DNA of 38,757 nt from Anaerolineales bacterium (GTDB taxonomy: Bacteria > Chloroflexota > Anaerolineae > Anaerolineales > E44-bin32), in assembly GCA_035288185.1 (NCBI GenBank), contig DATEAV010000111.1, forward strand, positions 1 to 38,757. Reading direction: 5' to 3'. Below are positions 17,600 to 26,800 of the stretch, piece after piece (positions within the stretch are counted from its first letter, which is position 1; every line of letters begins with the position of its first letter). Position numbers and translations under genes: made by a program. The notes beneath the pieces were generated by a model. The model ran no database searches. It had not been told where the DNA came from and worked only from the letters and a program-made list of their open reading frames with translations.

Positions 17600-18356
17600 C
17601 TTTACGTATCTCCAGCGCAAGATCGGGGGCGTCGGTGATGATAGCATCGGCACCCTGCTTGAGGAGCCAGCGGATCCGATCAGGATCGTTTACGGTCCAG
17701 GGAATGAACTTGCGCCCGGCGCGGTGCGCCCGGCGGGCCGCGCCTTCCGTGATCAGGGTGTCGTGGAGATGGTAGGACTCATGCGGCGAGATCCGGGGGA
17801 AGAGGGCCCTCATCCAGAGGGGCTGCCCGGGACCCAGCAGGAAACCCAGCGGCAGATCAGGCGCCAGGCGTCGCGCCGTTCGCAAAGCGAAGGGATTGAA
17901 GGAGGAAAGCAGCACCCGGCTCTCGAGCCCGAAGGTGAACACCAGCTCGACCACGCGCTCCGGGAGGGAATCCCTGGGGCTGGCATAGTTGGTCATCTCG
18001 ACGTTGATCAGGCTCTTGGCGCCTAACTCCGCGAACACCTCGTCGAGTATGGGGATTCGTTCGCCGGCGAATTCAGGTGAGAAACTCGAGCCAGCATCGA
18101 GAGCCTTCAGCTCCGCCCGGGTACGGGCGCTCACCGGTCCCGTGCCGTCGGTCGTCCTGTCGAGCGTCGGGTCGTGGATGATCGCAACCGCGCCGTCGAG
18201 CGTCAGCTTGGCGTCGAGCTCCACCCCGTCGGCGCCCAGGGCCATCGCCAGGCGGAACGCAGCCAGGGTGTCCTCGGGCGCGCGCAGGCAGGCCCCGCGA
18301 TGCGCAATCACCAGGGGGCCCGACCTGCTCCACCAGGAAGACGAAGCGAGCTTCAC
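17580..18356 (-). CDS. Glycerophosphodiester phosphodiesterase (GDPD family, cytoplasmic UgpQ-like)
   Basis: VIAHRGA...PEDTLAAF...GADGVELDAKLT.DG..IIHD are classic GDPD motifs. The C-terminal WTVND is also present. Confidence 0.85.
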   Translation of the reverse strand: MKLASSSWWSRSGPLVIAHRGACLRAPEDTLAAFRLAMALGADGVELDAKLTLDGAVAIIHDPTLDRTTDGTGPVSARTRAELKALDAGSSFSPEFAGERIPILDEVFAELGAKSLINVEMTNYASPRDSLPERVVELVFTFGLESRVLLSSFNPFALRTARRLAPDLPLGFLLGPGQPLWMRALFPRISPHESYHLHDTLITEGAARRAHRAGRKFIPWTVNDPDRIRWLLKQGADAIITDAPDLALEIRKDVRQGS

Positions 18357-18418
18357 AGCCGGTGTCGGGAAGAGGACCGCACCCGAGAACCCCGAGGCGG
18401 GGCCGGGAGCGCGGCGCG

Positions 18419-19771
18419 CTAGAGCTCGACGAAGTAGGCCTCGGCGGCCCGATCGATCATCTCCTTCGTCATCGTGGGCTCCTCCCCCATGTAGCGCGAA
18501 ATATCAAGGATCTGATCGCAGATATCGCGGGGATGGGAGGCGCGCAGCTTGCGGTTGCGCTTGATGTACCACTCCTGAAGCAGATACGCCAGGCCTCGAT
18601 CGGAATAGGTCACCTTCTTGGCCTCGGCGACATGCTTGAAGATGTCGCGGTATTCCTCGTAGGAGGGGTCCCCCACCTCGATCTTGTGGCGCAAGCGGCG
18701 CAGGAAGGCCTCGTCGACAAGGTCTTTCGGAGGCAGGTTGGTGGAAAACACGACCATGACGTCGAACGGCACTTCCACCTTGCGGCCGGTGTGGAGGGTG
18801 AGGTAGTCGATCCGGTTCTCGAGTGGGACGATCCAACGGTTAAGAAGATCGCGCGGCCGCACCTGCTGGCGGCCAAAGTCGTCGATGAGGAACACGCCGC
18901 CGTTGGCTTTCACCTGGAAGGGCGCCTCGTAAAACTTGTTCACATCGTCGAAAACCAGGTCGAGGCCGGCCATCGTCAGCTCGCCACCGACGACGATGAA
19001 CGGCCGGCGTATCTTCACCCAGCGCGGATCGCGCTTGGCGCCCGTCTTCAGGCCACCCGTGCCGGCGGCGCTGACGTCATCCTCAGGGGAGAGGGTGTGG
19101 TTCACCGAATCGTAGAGCTTCACGACCTGCCCATCGATATCGAGGGCAAAGGGGATATACATGTCTTCGGCAAGGATGAGGGCGCCAATGGAGCGGGCGA
19201 TCGACGTCTTGCCGTTTCCCGGCGGGCCGTAGAGGAAGATCGAAGTGCCCGAGTTGACCGCGGGCCCGATCCGGTCGACCGTTCGGGCGGAAAGGGTGAG
19301 CTGGGCAAGGGCCTGGCGCATGGCGTTGGGGTGGACCATCGGCCGGGCGCGGCTTTGGCGCCGGATCGACTCATTGTAGAAGGCGAGCGGCACGGGCGCA
19401 GGGCCGGCGTATTGGCTTCGCTCGAGCGCCTCACGCGCCCGGGCGATGCCCGCGCCGGTGATGGCGTATTGGTAGGAACCCTCCCCGAAACCCACCTGCG
19501 ACTTGACCTCGACGAATTTCTCCCGCTTGAGAGCCTCCAGGATCTGGTCGACCATCCCGGCGAACGGGAGGGCCATGGCCTCGGCGACCTTGAAACCGGT
19601 CAGGTAGCCGCGGAAGTAGAGGATCTTGAGGGCCAGGTCCTGGAGCCAGAGCTGGGAAAGCCCGGTGTCTTCCACCCGGCTGATGGGAGGCGGCAGGAAG
19701 CGAAGGCTCGAGGTGGAAATGAGGTTGTCGGCGCCGGGTGCAGTCCGTGCGTTCACATAGGGCAGGGCCAT
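18419..19771 (-). CDS. AAA+ ATPase of unknown function with an N-terminal winged-helix-like domain
   Basis: Walker A IFLYGPPGNGKTS, Walker B GGVFLIDDFGRQ, sensor/arginine region VVFSTNLPPKDLVDEAFLRRL. Start chosen at the ATG at 19771 (MALPYVNAR), which has a GGAGGGG SD. Confidence 0.8.
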   Translation of the reverse strand: MALPYVNARTAPGADNLISTSSLRFLPPPISRVEDTGLSQLWLQDLALKILYFRGYLTGFKVAEAMALPFAGMVDQILEALKREKFVEVKSQVGFGEGSYQYAITGAGIARAREALERSQYAGPAPVPLAFYNESIRRQSRARPMVHPNAMRQALAQLTLSARTVDRIGPAVNSGTSIFLYGPPGNGKTSIARSIGALILAEDMYIPFALDIDGQVVKLYDSVNHTLSPEDDVSAAGTGGLKTGAKRDPRWVKIRRPFIVVGGELTMAGLDLVFDDVNKFYEAPFQVKANGGVFLIDDFGRQQVRPRDLLNRWIVPLENRIDYLTLHTGRKVEVPFDVMVVFSTNLPPKDLVDEAFLRRLRHKIEVGDPSYEEYRDIFKHVAEAKKVTYSDRGLAYLLQEWYIKRNRKLRASHPRDICDQILDISRYMGEEPTMTKEMIDRAAEAYFVEL

Positions 19772-19891
19772 CGGTCCCCTCCAGGCACCCGGAGTCCCCC
19801 GCCCCAACGTCCGCCATGTTCCGGGATGCCGGATGCCAGTATCGAGTCAACCGGATTATATACAGGCCTCGGGCGAGGGGCAACTGGCCGC

Positions 19892-19920
19892 TTGTCCTGT
19901 CCCAGGCCCGTGGGTAGAAT
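19892..19920 (+). promoter_or_regulatory. Sigma70-like promoter (TTGTCC - 17 nt - TAGAAT) positioned for a leaderless GT2 mRNA
   Basis: -35-like TTGTCC at 19892-19897 and -10 TAGAAT at 19915-19920. The ATG of the GT2 gene is at 19928, 7 nt after the -10 box, with no SD in between. Confidence 0.45.
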
Positions 19921-19927
19921 CCCTGCC

Positions 19928-20614
19928 ATGAGCCTTACCGTCGTCATCCCCGTTTACAACGAACGCGCAACGATCGGCACGATCCTCGAACGCGTCGAGT
20001 CGGTCGGCCTCGCTGATGAAATCATTGTCGTCGACGACGGCTCCGGCGACGGAACCCGGGAGGCGCTGGCCGGGCTCGCCGCCGCCCGGCCGAAGTTGAG
20101 GCTGGTGTTGCATGATTCGAACCGCGGGAAGGGAGCGGCCGTGCGGACTGGCATTCAGGCGGCCACCGGTGACCTGGTGCTCATCCAGGACGCCGACCTC
20201 GAATATGATCCCCGCGACTACACCATGCTTCTACAACCCATCCTGGAGGGCAGGGCCGACGTCGTTTTTGGCTCCCGCTTCCTGGGGGGGCCGCGCCGCA
20301 CGACGATGTTCTGGCACATGGTCGCCAACCAACTCCTCACCCTGACCACGAACATCCTCTACAACAGCATTCTCACCGATATGGAGACCGGCTACAAGCT
20401 GTTCAAGAGGGAGGTGATCCAGGCTATCCCGCTTCGCTCCAACCGTTTCGACATCGAGCCGGAAATCACCGCCAAGCTGCTGAAGCGCAAGATTCGCATC
20501 TTCGAGGTGCCGATCTCCTTCAACCCGAGAGAGTATTCCGAGGGCAAAAAGATCCGCTTGCGCGACGCTTTCGCTGCCATCTGGGCCCTGCTCCGCTACC
20601 GGCTGGCGGATTGA
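19928..20614 (+). CDS. Family 2 glycosyltransferase (polyprenol-phosphate sugar transferase-like)
   Basis: VVIPVYNE, VVDDGSGDGT, IQDADLEYDP (DxD motif). This is the only credible part of the 750-aa track ORF 18362..20614; the upstream part is antisense to the AAA+ gene. Confidence 0.85.
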   Translation: MSLTVVIPVYNERATIGTILERVESVGLADEIIVVDDGSGDGTREALAGLAAARPKLRLVLHDSNRGKGAAVRTGIQAATGDLVLIQDADLEYDPRDYTMLLQPILEGRADVVFGSRFLGGPRRTTMFWHMVANQLLTLTTNILYNSILTDMETGYKLFKREVIQAIPLRSNRFDIEPEITAKLLKRKIRIFEVPISFNPREYSEGKKIRLRDAFAAIWALLRYRLAD

Positions 20615-22353
20615 CCCACAGCCTCCTCGCCTCGTGCCCACTCCCCCTGCCCGGCGGGACGTATGTCCTGCACATTGAGCTGAAGGCTCTCGACACCCAT
20701 GTAGATGTTGCGCTCGAGGTTGAAGGCGACGTCAACTCGCCGCGCCAGGGCACCGGCGATCTTCCCTTTGCGGAAAGCGATGGCCTCCCGAGTGACAGAC
20801 CCCTGCCGTAGCAAGAGCCGCAGGTGTTGGCCTTCTGCCCCCACCGGTCGTGCCTGGACGACGGTCACATCCTCGGCCGCAAGCACCGGCGTCGGGTTGC
20901 CATATCCGCACGGTTCGAGTGCTTCAACGAACTCCAAGAGAGGCCGCCCCACCTCTCGGAACTCGACCAGCGCGTCGATCGCGAGCCTCGGCTTCAGCTC
21001 CTTGCCGGAGAGGGCGGCGCTGGCGTGCTGCGACAGTCGCCGGAGAAGCGGCTCAAGATCTTGCGCCCGAACCGTGAAGCCGGCTGCCGCGGCGTGGCCG
21101 CCGAATTCCAGCAGAAGATCGGCGCAGGCATCCAGGGCGTCGATGATGGAGAATTCCGGGATGCTCCGGGCCGAGCCGCGGGCGGTCTCGTCGGCGACTG
21201 TGACCACAATGGCGGGGCGGTAATACTCCTCCATCAGACGAGCCGCGGCGAGCCCGACGATCCCCGCGCTGAATCCAGGATCGATGGCGGATATCAATTC
21301 GGGCAATCGGCCCGGGGCCACCCCGAGGGCCCGGGCACGCTCGACCATCTCGCCCGTCATGGCCTGGCGTTGCCGGTTGGCCGCGCTCAGCTGGGCCGCT
21401 ATCGCGCGAGCCTCTTCAGGATCTCGGCTGACCAGGAGCCGGTAGGAGGTCTCCGCCGAATCGAGCCGTCCGGCCGCGTTGAGCCTTGGCCCTAAGGCAA
21501 AGGCGATTGAGACCGCCCCGATCCTTCCCGCGGCGATTCCCGCCCCCTCGGCCAGTGCACGCAGACCGGGGCGGAGATCCCCGCCACTCGAGGAGGCAGG
21601 CGCGTTCATCAAGCGAAGGCCGGCCCGCACCATGGTGCGGTTCTCGCCCTGCAGGGGCGCCAGATCGGCCACCGTCCCAACGGCCACCAGGTCGAGCCAT
21701 TCCTCCGAGCCAGGACGAGAGCACGCGGATAGCAGTCCTTGAGCCAGCTTATGCGCGAGGCCGACGCCGGCCAGATCCTTGAACGGATACTTGTCACCCT
21801 CGAGGCGAGGATTGAGAACGGCCAGCGCCCGCGGCCGGGTTGGGCCGGGTTGATGATGATCGGTGATGATCAAATCGAGGCCAAGGCCGCTCGCATGCTC
21901 AGCCTCGCGCCAGGAGCGGATCCCGCAATCGACCGAGACCACAAGCCGGGCGCCCTGCGCCTGCAGGGCACTCAGGGCTTCGGTGTGAAGGCCATATCCT
22001 TCGTCGAAGCGATTGGGGATGTAGGGCCGCACCCGGGCGCCCAGCCCTTCGAGAACGCCCACCAGGAGCGCGGTCGCGGTGACGCCGTCAGCGTCGTAAT
22101 CTCCATACACGACGATCGGCTCTTGGTCGCGGATCGCGGCCCGAATGCGATCCACGGCCGCGGCCATCCCGCTCAAGAGAAATGGATCGCCGTATTCGGG
22201 TTCGCCCGATGAGAGAAACCGTTCCGCTTCCTCACCGGTGCGCACGCCGCGCTGGAAGAGGATCTGCGCCCCGGCCGAAGGATATCGGGCCAGGGACTCG
22301 AAGACATCGGGAGGAGGAGCCAAAGGGCGGATCCAGCGCTTGTCCATGTCCAA
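20596..22353 (-). CDS. recJ: Single-stranded-DNA-specific exonuclease RecJ
   Basis: DHH motifs VYGDYDADGVTA, VSVDCG, ITDHHQP, and DHHA1 GGHAAAAGF. The track start is TTG at 22353; an alternative ATG is at 22347. Its 3' end overlaps the convergent GT2 gene by 19 nt. Confidence 0.9.
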   Translation of the reverse strand: MDMDKRWIRPLAPPPDVFESLARYPSAGAQILFQRGVRTGEEAERFLSSGEPEYGDPFLLSGMAAAVDRIRAAIRDQEPIVVYGDYDADGVTATALLVGVLEGLGARVRPYIPNRFDEGYGLHTEALSALQAQGARLVVSVDCGIRSWREAEHASGLGLDLIITDHHQPGPTRPRALAVLNPRLEGDKYPFKDLAGVGLAHKLAQGLLSACSRPGSEEWLDLVAVGTVADLAPLQGENRTMVRAGLRLMNAPASSSGGDLRPGLRALAEGAGIAAGRIGAVSIAFALGPRLNAAGRLDSAETSYRLLVSRDPEEARAIAAQLSAANRQRQAMTGEMVERARALGVAPGRLPELISAIDPGFSAGIVGLAAARLMEEYYRPAIVVTVADETARGSARSIPEFSIIDALDACADLLLEFGGHAAAAGFTVRAQDLEPLLRRLSQHASAALSGKELKPRLAIDALVEFREVGRPLLEFVEALEPCGYGNPTPVLAAEDVTVVQARPVGAEGQHLRLLLRQGSVTREAIAFRKGKIAGALARRVDVAFNLERNIYMGVESLQLNVQDIRPAGQGEWARGEEAVGQSASR

Positions 22354-22397
22354 CTCACCGACCCTTCGGTTTCATTCGCCCTGGGGAGGCCAGAGGT

Positions 22398-22820
22398 TCA
22401 CGGGACGGCGTTGGCGCGAGGGGCATTGATCGCGGCGAAATAGGCGCGAACGAGTGGATCGTTGTAAAAGACCAACGCCAGAATCCCGACGATCAAAGAG
22501 ATGGGGTTCGCGGCGAGGATCATGCAGATCTCGAAGATGGCCAGAACCTGCGATGGCCCGACCCGACGCGGCGGAGCCGAGAGCAACTGGGCCGCATAGA
22601 CGATCTCGAAGACGCCGAGAACGGCCGGAAGAATCGTCAGGGGCGCGCACAGGCAGCCCCAACCTAGGGAACCCAAGACCGCCCCTAGCGTGATGAGGAA
22701 TCCCCAGAGGATGTTCAGGATCCCGTTTACCAGCGTCATCACCGCCACGGCGGTGACCATCCCGGGCTTCTCCGGGTAGGCCGCCATCGGTAGGGGCGGG
22801 GATGGAAGGTGATCGGTCAA
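22398..22820 (-). CDS. Small integral membrane protein (about 4 TM), unknown function
   Basis: 140 aa. The TTG start at 22820 is preceded by a perfect AAGGAGG SD with a 5-nt spacer. Four hydrophobic helices are visible. Confidence 0.65.
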   Translation of the reverse strand: MTDHLPSPPLPMAAYPEKPGMVTAVAVMTLVNGILNILWGFLITLGAVLGSLGWGCLCAPLTILPAVLGVFEIVYAAQLLSAPPRRVGPSQVLAIFEICMILAANPISLIVGILALVFYNDPLVRAYFAAINAPRANAVP

Positions 22821-22918
22821 TGCGACCTCCTTGAGATCATCTTCAACTCACATCAGCCCCACGGCCAGAGGTCCCTGGGCCCCAAGCATGGGACGCGCTC
22901 AGCTGGACGAGGCGACTA

Positions 22919-23344
22919 CTAGAGCCCCTGACGGTGGATGCCGTCGAAAAAACCCTGGAGGAACGGGATACTCACCCCCAATGCTACCATCGCCGCGACT
23001 GCGCATATCGTTAGGAGCGTCAGCGCGAGACCAACCCAACCAGAAACCACACCCGTCATCGCCGAGCCACGACCGCTCTCGCCCGTCCGCGGCAGCTGCC
23101 CCAGGGCCATGTGCCCGGTAATGACGCCCACGAGCCATCCGATCGGCGAAAGACAGCCTGCGGGGACCATGCAGAGGTAGAGCACGCTGCCGATCCCCAA
23201 TGTTGCTACGGCGAGTAGCGGCAGGATGACCCAGTTCAGGCAGAGAAGGATGACGAACAACAACCACCCGAGCACACTGGAGATCAAACTAGTTGTGGCC
23301 AGGGGATTTGTTCGCGTGGCCGGCGAAAACCCTCCCGGGTCCAT
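22919..23344 (-). CDS. Small membrane protein, DUF4190-like
   Basis: NPLATTSLISSVLGW... and ITGHMALGQLPRTGESGRGSAMTGVVSGWVGL match the DUF4190 pattern as I remember it. Start chosen at the ATG at 23344 (MDPGGF), 9 nt after a GAGAGG SD. The track ORF extends to 23512. Confidence 0.6.
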   Translation of the reverse strand: MDPGGFSPATRTNPLATTSLISSVLGWLLFVILLCLNWVILPLLAVATLGIGSVLYLCMVPAGCLSPIGWLVGVITGHMALGQLPRTGESGRGSAMTGVVSGWVGLALTLLTICAVAAMVALGVSIPFLQGFFDGIHRQGL

Positions 23345-23485
23345 TAATCCCATCCTCTCTTGCCCAAGCAGACGCAGCGGCGGCCCGAGCCCGTTCACGG
23401 CTCGGCGCCCCTCACTCTCTTGCGGCACGCGGGTCTGATCGAGGACCTGTTGCCCGAGCAGGGCCCCTGCCCCCTCCGGCCATGC

Positions 23486-23520
23486 CCGCGGGCGTGCCTC
23501 CTGGCGAGGCACGCCCGCGG
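23486..23520. terminator. 15-bp GC-rich hairpin (CCGCGGGCGTGCCTC ctggc GAGGCACGCCCGCGG) with a T-tract on the plus strand only
   Basis: Read directly. It lies 60 nt downstream of the stop of the minus-strand gene at 23582, but the TTTCTT run follows the hairpin on the plus strand. Confidence 0.4.
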
Positions 23521-23581
23521 TTTCTTACCCTTGGAGGAAAACAGCCGGCAGGATGGGGATGCGCGCCGGCGTCCCCCGCGC

Positions 23582-23917
23582 CTACGCCCAGCCCTGGCCC
23601 TTCACAAAGTCGCTGATCACCGGGATGTTGATGAACTCGCCCTGGTAGGCCTTGTAGGCCCAGTAGATCTCCAGGAGCACGCCAAGAGGCCAGATGCAGA
23701 GCCCGATCACGAAGAAACTGGTGATCATCACGATAACGTAGAAGACGACACCCCACGCCAAAGCCTGACCATTGTGCGCCTTGATGAAAGGCCGGTCCTT
23801 CTTGTCTTGCATGAGCAAGATGATGATGGGGACCAGCGGCGTGAACACGTAGGCCAATGCCGCCCAGAGCTTATCGTCACTCGTAATCTCCATCCCGCCC
23901 ATCGGCTGCTGCGTCAT
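23582..23917 (-). CDS. Small membrane protein, DUF4870-like
   Basis: 111 aa. DDKLWAALAYVFTPLVPIIILLMQDKKDRPFIKAHNGQALAWG matches the DUF4870 pattern (by eye). Confidence 0.7.
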   Translation of the reverse strand: MTQQPMGGMEITSDDKLWAALAYVFTPLVPIIILLMQDKKDRPFIKAHNGQALAWGVVFYVIVMITSFFVIGLCIWPLGVLLEIYWAYKAYQGEFINIPVISDFVKGQGWA

Positions 23918-24079
23918 GACTTCTCTCCTGTTCTCAACATGGTTATCGGGCCCGGCTCATGGCTACCACCCTCTGGCCGGGATCGTCGTTAATTGTACAC
24001 ACCCAAGAAAACACCGCAACCCCGCATTCGTCGCTCTCCCGCTCGATGAATCGGACCGATTTCCCATCGGTGCCAACCG

Positions 24080-24088
24080 TGCTACGAT
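24080..24088 (+). promoter_or_regulatory. Extended -10 box TGcTACGAT 6 nt upstream of the fmt GTG start
   Basis: TGCTACGAT at 24080-24088, fmt start codon at 24095, no SD sequence between them. Confidence 0.35.
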
Positions 24089-24094
24089 TGACCC

Positions 24095-25069
24095 GTGCGC
24101 CTCGTCTTCATGGGCTCCCCCGAGTTTGCCGTCCCCAGCCTGAAGGCCCTGCTCCGCGACCACGAGGTCGTGGGGGTTGTCACGCAGCCGGATCGTCCTG
24201 CCGGCCGGGGAAGGAGCGTGCAACCACCGCCTGTGAAGATCGCGGCCCTGGAGGCGGGAGTGGCATGCCTTCAGCCGGCGCGGCTGAGGGACCCCGAGGC
24301 CGTCGAGCAGCTTCGGCGTTGGGCGCCCGATCTCATTGTGGTGGCAGCCTACGGGCAGATCCTTCGGCCCGAGGTCCTCGGCCTCCCTCGCCATGGCTGC
24401 ATCAACGTTCACGCCTCTCTGCTGCCGCGATGGCGGGGCGCGGCGCCGATCCAGGCCGCCATTCTCTACGGAGATCAGGAGACCGGTGTGACGATCCTGC
24501 AGATGGATCCGGGCATGGACACCGGCCCGATCCTTGCGCAGCGTGCAGCCCTTATCACGGTCGAGGACACCGGCCGCACCCTGACAACAAAGCTGGGCGA
24601 AGTGGGGGCAGAGATCCTCGCGGACACGCTCCCGAGGGTTCTTGCCGGCGCCCCCAAACCGATGCCGCAGGATGAGACGAAGGCCACTTATGCGCCTCTC
24701 CTGACCAAAGGCGATGGGGCGATCGACTTGAGCCGCAGCGCGGCCTATCTGGCGCGTCAGGTGCGCGCCTTCGATCCGTGGCCGGGCTCCTACCTGGAAT
24801 GGAACGGCCGCCGGCTGGTGGTCCGCAAGGCACGCGCCGAGGGCGACCAGCCGGAAGAAGCGGGCAGAGTGCGAATGGTGGCCAGGTTCCCGGCAGTCGG
24901 CACGGGCGCCGGGCTCCTCGTTCTCGAGGTGATCCAGCCCGCGGGAAAGACCGAAGCCCCGGGGGACGCATTCGCCCGTGGCGCGCGCGGCTTTGTGGGC
25001 GCCCTGCTGCCTTCCCTCGGCCACCACCACTCGGAGGCCCCGCCCGGGCCGGGTGCCCGTACGTCGTAG
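24095..25069 (+). CDS. fmt: Methionyl-tRNA formyltransferase
   Basis: MRLVFMGSPEFAVPSLKAL, VVTQPDRPAGRG, INVHASLLPRWRGAAPIQ (HxSLLPxxRG motif). Confidence 0.92.
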   Translation: MRLVFMGSPEFAVPSLKALLRDHEVVGVVTQPDRPAGRGRSVQPPPVKIAALEAGVACLQPARLRDPEAVEQLRRWAPDLIVVAAYGQILRPEVLGLPRHGCINVHASLLPRWRGAAPIQAAILYGDQETGVTILQMDPGMDTGPILAQRAALITVEDTGRTLTTKLGEVGAEILADTLPRVLAGAPKPMPQDETKATYAPLLTKGDGAIDLSRSAAYLARQVRAFDPWPGSYLEWNGRRLVVRKARAEGDQPEEAGRVRMVARFPAVGTGAGLLVLEVIQPAGKTEAPGDAFARGARGFVGALLPSLGHHHSEAPPGPGARTS

Positions 25070-25153
25070 CATTTCGAAGCGCCGCAGGGCCACCCCGGGC
25101 GCTCTCGCATCAGCGTGTGCCGTCCCAGCCAAGACGGGACAAGGAATTGCAGC

Positions 25154-26689
25154 ATGGCCGATCACATCCTCTCCCTCGATCAGGGCACCACATCCTCGCG
25201 GGCAATTGTCTTTAACGCCCTGGGCAGGCCAGTCAGCGCCGCCCAGGAAGAGCTCCCTCAGATCTACCCCCAGCCCGGCTGGGTGGAGCACGACCCGGAA
25301 GCGATTTGGTCGACGCAGCTCTCGACGGCCCGCCGCGCGCTCGCCCAGGCCGGCATCACGGCCGCCGACATCGCCGCCATTGGGCTGACCAACCAGCGGG
25401 AGACGACGATTCTCTGGGACCGCCGGACGGGGAAGCCCATCCACAACGCCATCGTCTGGCAGTGCCGGCGAACGGCGGCCATGTGTGATCGCCTGAAGGC
25501 CGAGGGCTTCGATCATGCCATCCAAGCCAAGACCGGGTTGGTCACCGATGCCTACTTCTCCGGCACGAAAGTGGCGTGGCTTCTGGAGAACGTTCCGGAA
25601 GCCCGCGCCCGCGCCGAGCGAGGCGAGCTCGCCTTCGGCACCGTCGACACGTTCCTCCTGTGGCGGCTATCGGGCGGCCGCCTGCACGTCACCGACGCCT
25701 CCAACGCCTCCCGCACCCTCCTCTACAACATCCACTCGCTCCAATGGGATGACGAGATCCTCGAGCACCTGCGCATCCCGCCCTCCTTGCTTCCGGAGGT
25801 CCGATCCTCCTCGGAGATCTACGGCGAAGCCGATCCCTCTCTGTTCGGAGGGGCCCTACCGCTTGCCGCCGACGCGGGCGACCAGCAGGCGGCCGCATTC
25901 GGGCAAGCCTGCTTCAGCCCCGGCACAGCCAAGAACACCTACGGCACAGGTTGCTTCCTGCTCCTCAACACCGGAGGAGAGGCTGTGGAATCGGCCTCGG
26001 GCCTCCTGACGACCATCGGCTGGCAGCTCGCGGAATCAACATCCGAAGGTCTGCGAACTTCGGAGGTCGGTCGAAAGGCCACGACCTACTGCCTGGAGGG
26101 GAGCGTCTTCATCGCCGGGGCCGCCGTTCAGTGGCTGCGCGACGGACTCGGCCTGATCCATGAAAGCGGTGAGGTGGAGGCGCTGGCGGCCTCCGTCCCC
26201 GACAATGGCGGTGTCTACCTGGTGCCGGCGTTTGTCGGCCTGGGTGCCCCCTATTGGGACCCCTACGCCCGCGGCACAATCCTCGGCCTCACTCGGGGCG
26301 CCACCGCCGCCCATCTTGCGAGAGCGACCCTCGAATCGATCGCCTACCAGACGCGCGACGTTCTCGAGGCCATGCGCAAGGACGCCCACCTCGACCTACG
26401 CGCGTTGCGGGCCGATGGTGGCGCGGCCCGCAATGGCCTCCTCATGCAATTCCAGGCTGATATCCTGGGCGTGCCCGTCCAGCGACCGGTCGTCAGCGAG
26501 ACTACAGCCCTCGGCGCAGCCTACCTCGCCGGCCTGGCCGCCGGGCTCTGGTCATCTCCGGCGCAGCTCTCTTCCCTATGGGCCCTTGATGCGGAGTGGC
26601 TGCCGCGCATGCCAGCAGATCAACGCGACGAACTCTACGCCCGGTGGCAGAGAGCCGCCGAGCGATCGCGCGATTGGGCGCGGCCATAG
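25154..26689 (+). CDS. glpK: Glycerol kinase
   Basis: [63 protein letters not shown]. Start is the ATG at 25154 with an AAGGAA SD; the track ORF starts earlier at 25115. Confidence 0.95.
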   Translation: MADHILSLDQGTTSSRAIVFNALGRPVSAAQEELPQIYPQPGWVEHDPEAIWSTQLSTARRALAQAGITAADIAAIGLTNQRETTILWDRRTGKPIHNAIVWQCRRTAAMCDRLKAEGFDHAIQAKTGLVTDAYFSGTKVAWLLENVPEARARAERGELAFGTVDTFLLWRLSGGRLHVTDASNASRTLLYNIHSLQWDDEILEHLRIPPSLLPEVRSSSEIYGEADPSLFGGALPLAADAGDQQAAAFGQACFSPGTAKNTYGTGCFLLLNTGGEAVESASGLLTTIGWQLAESTSEGLRTSEVGRKATTYCLEGSVFIAGAAVQWLRDGLGLIHESGEVEALAASVPDNGGVYLVPAFVGLGAPYWDPYARGTILGLTRGATAAHLARATLESIAYQTRDVLEAMRKDAHLDLRALRADGGAARNGLLMQFQADILGVPVQRPVVSETTALGAAYLAGLAAGLWSSPAQLSSLWALDAEWLPRMPADQRDELYARWQRAAERSRDWARP

Positions 26690-26757
26690 AGCCCGCCTCA
26701 CGCGACGCGGAAGGGGCGGCTAGCACCGGCAAGATCACCCGGCGCCCCCTTCGGGCC

Positions 26758-26774
26758 GGCGCCCCGAGGGCGCC
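26758..26774. terminator. Short GC hairpin (GGCGCCC cga GGGCGCC) between the convergent glpK and membrane-protein genes
   Basis: 7-bp stem read directly. A second GGCGCCCC copy at 26741 allows an alternative pairing. No U-tract. Confidence 0.3.
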
Positions 26775-26800
26775 CGTCTCTCACCCCCGCCCCACCTTGT

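Noticed and set aside
18362-19927. N-terminal 520 aa of the 750-aa plus-strand ORF 18362..20614
   Set aside because: This part is antisense to the AAA+ ATPase gene and has low-complexity composition. Only the last 228 codons (from the ATG at 19928) carry GT2 motifs, and they have their own promoter-like element.
20596-20614. 19-nt convergent overlap of the GT2 and recJ 3' ends as a possible regulatory antisense arrangement
   Set aside because: Short convergent overlaps are common in compact genomes. Neither C-terminus looks extended or unusual, and no structure is evident in the overlap.
23963-25525. 520-aa ORF on the minus strand, one of the longest in the track
   Set aside because: It is exactly antisense to fmt and the start of glpK, both of which have unmistakable motifs. 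Its product is Arg/Gly/Pro/Ala-rich with no motifs. This is a typical shadow ORF in high-GC DNA.
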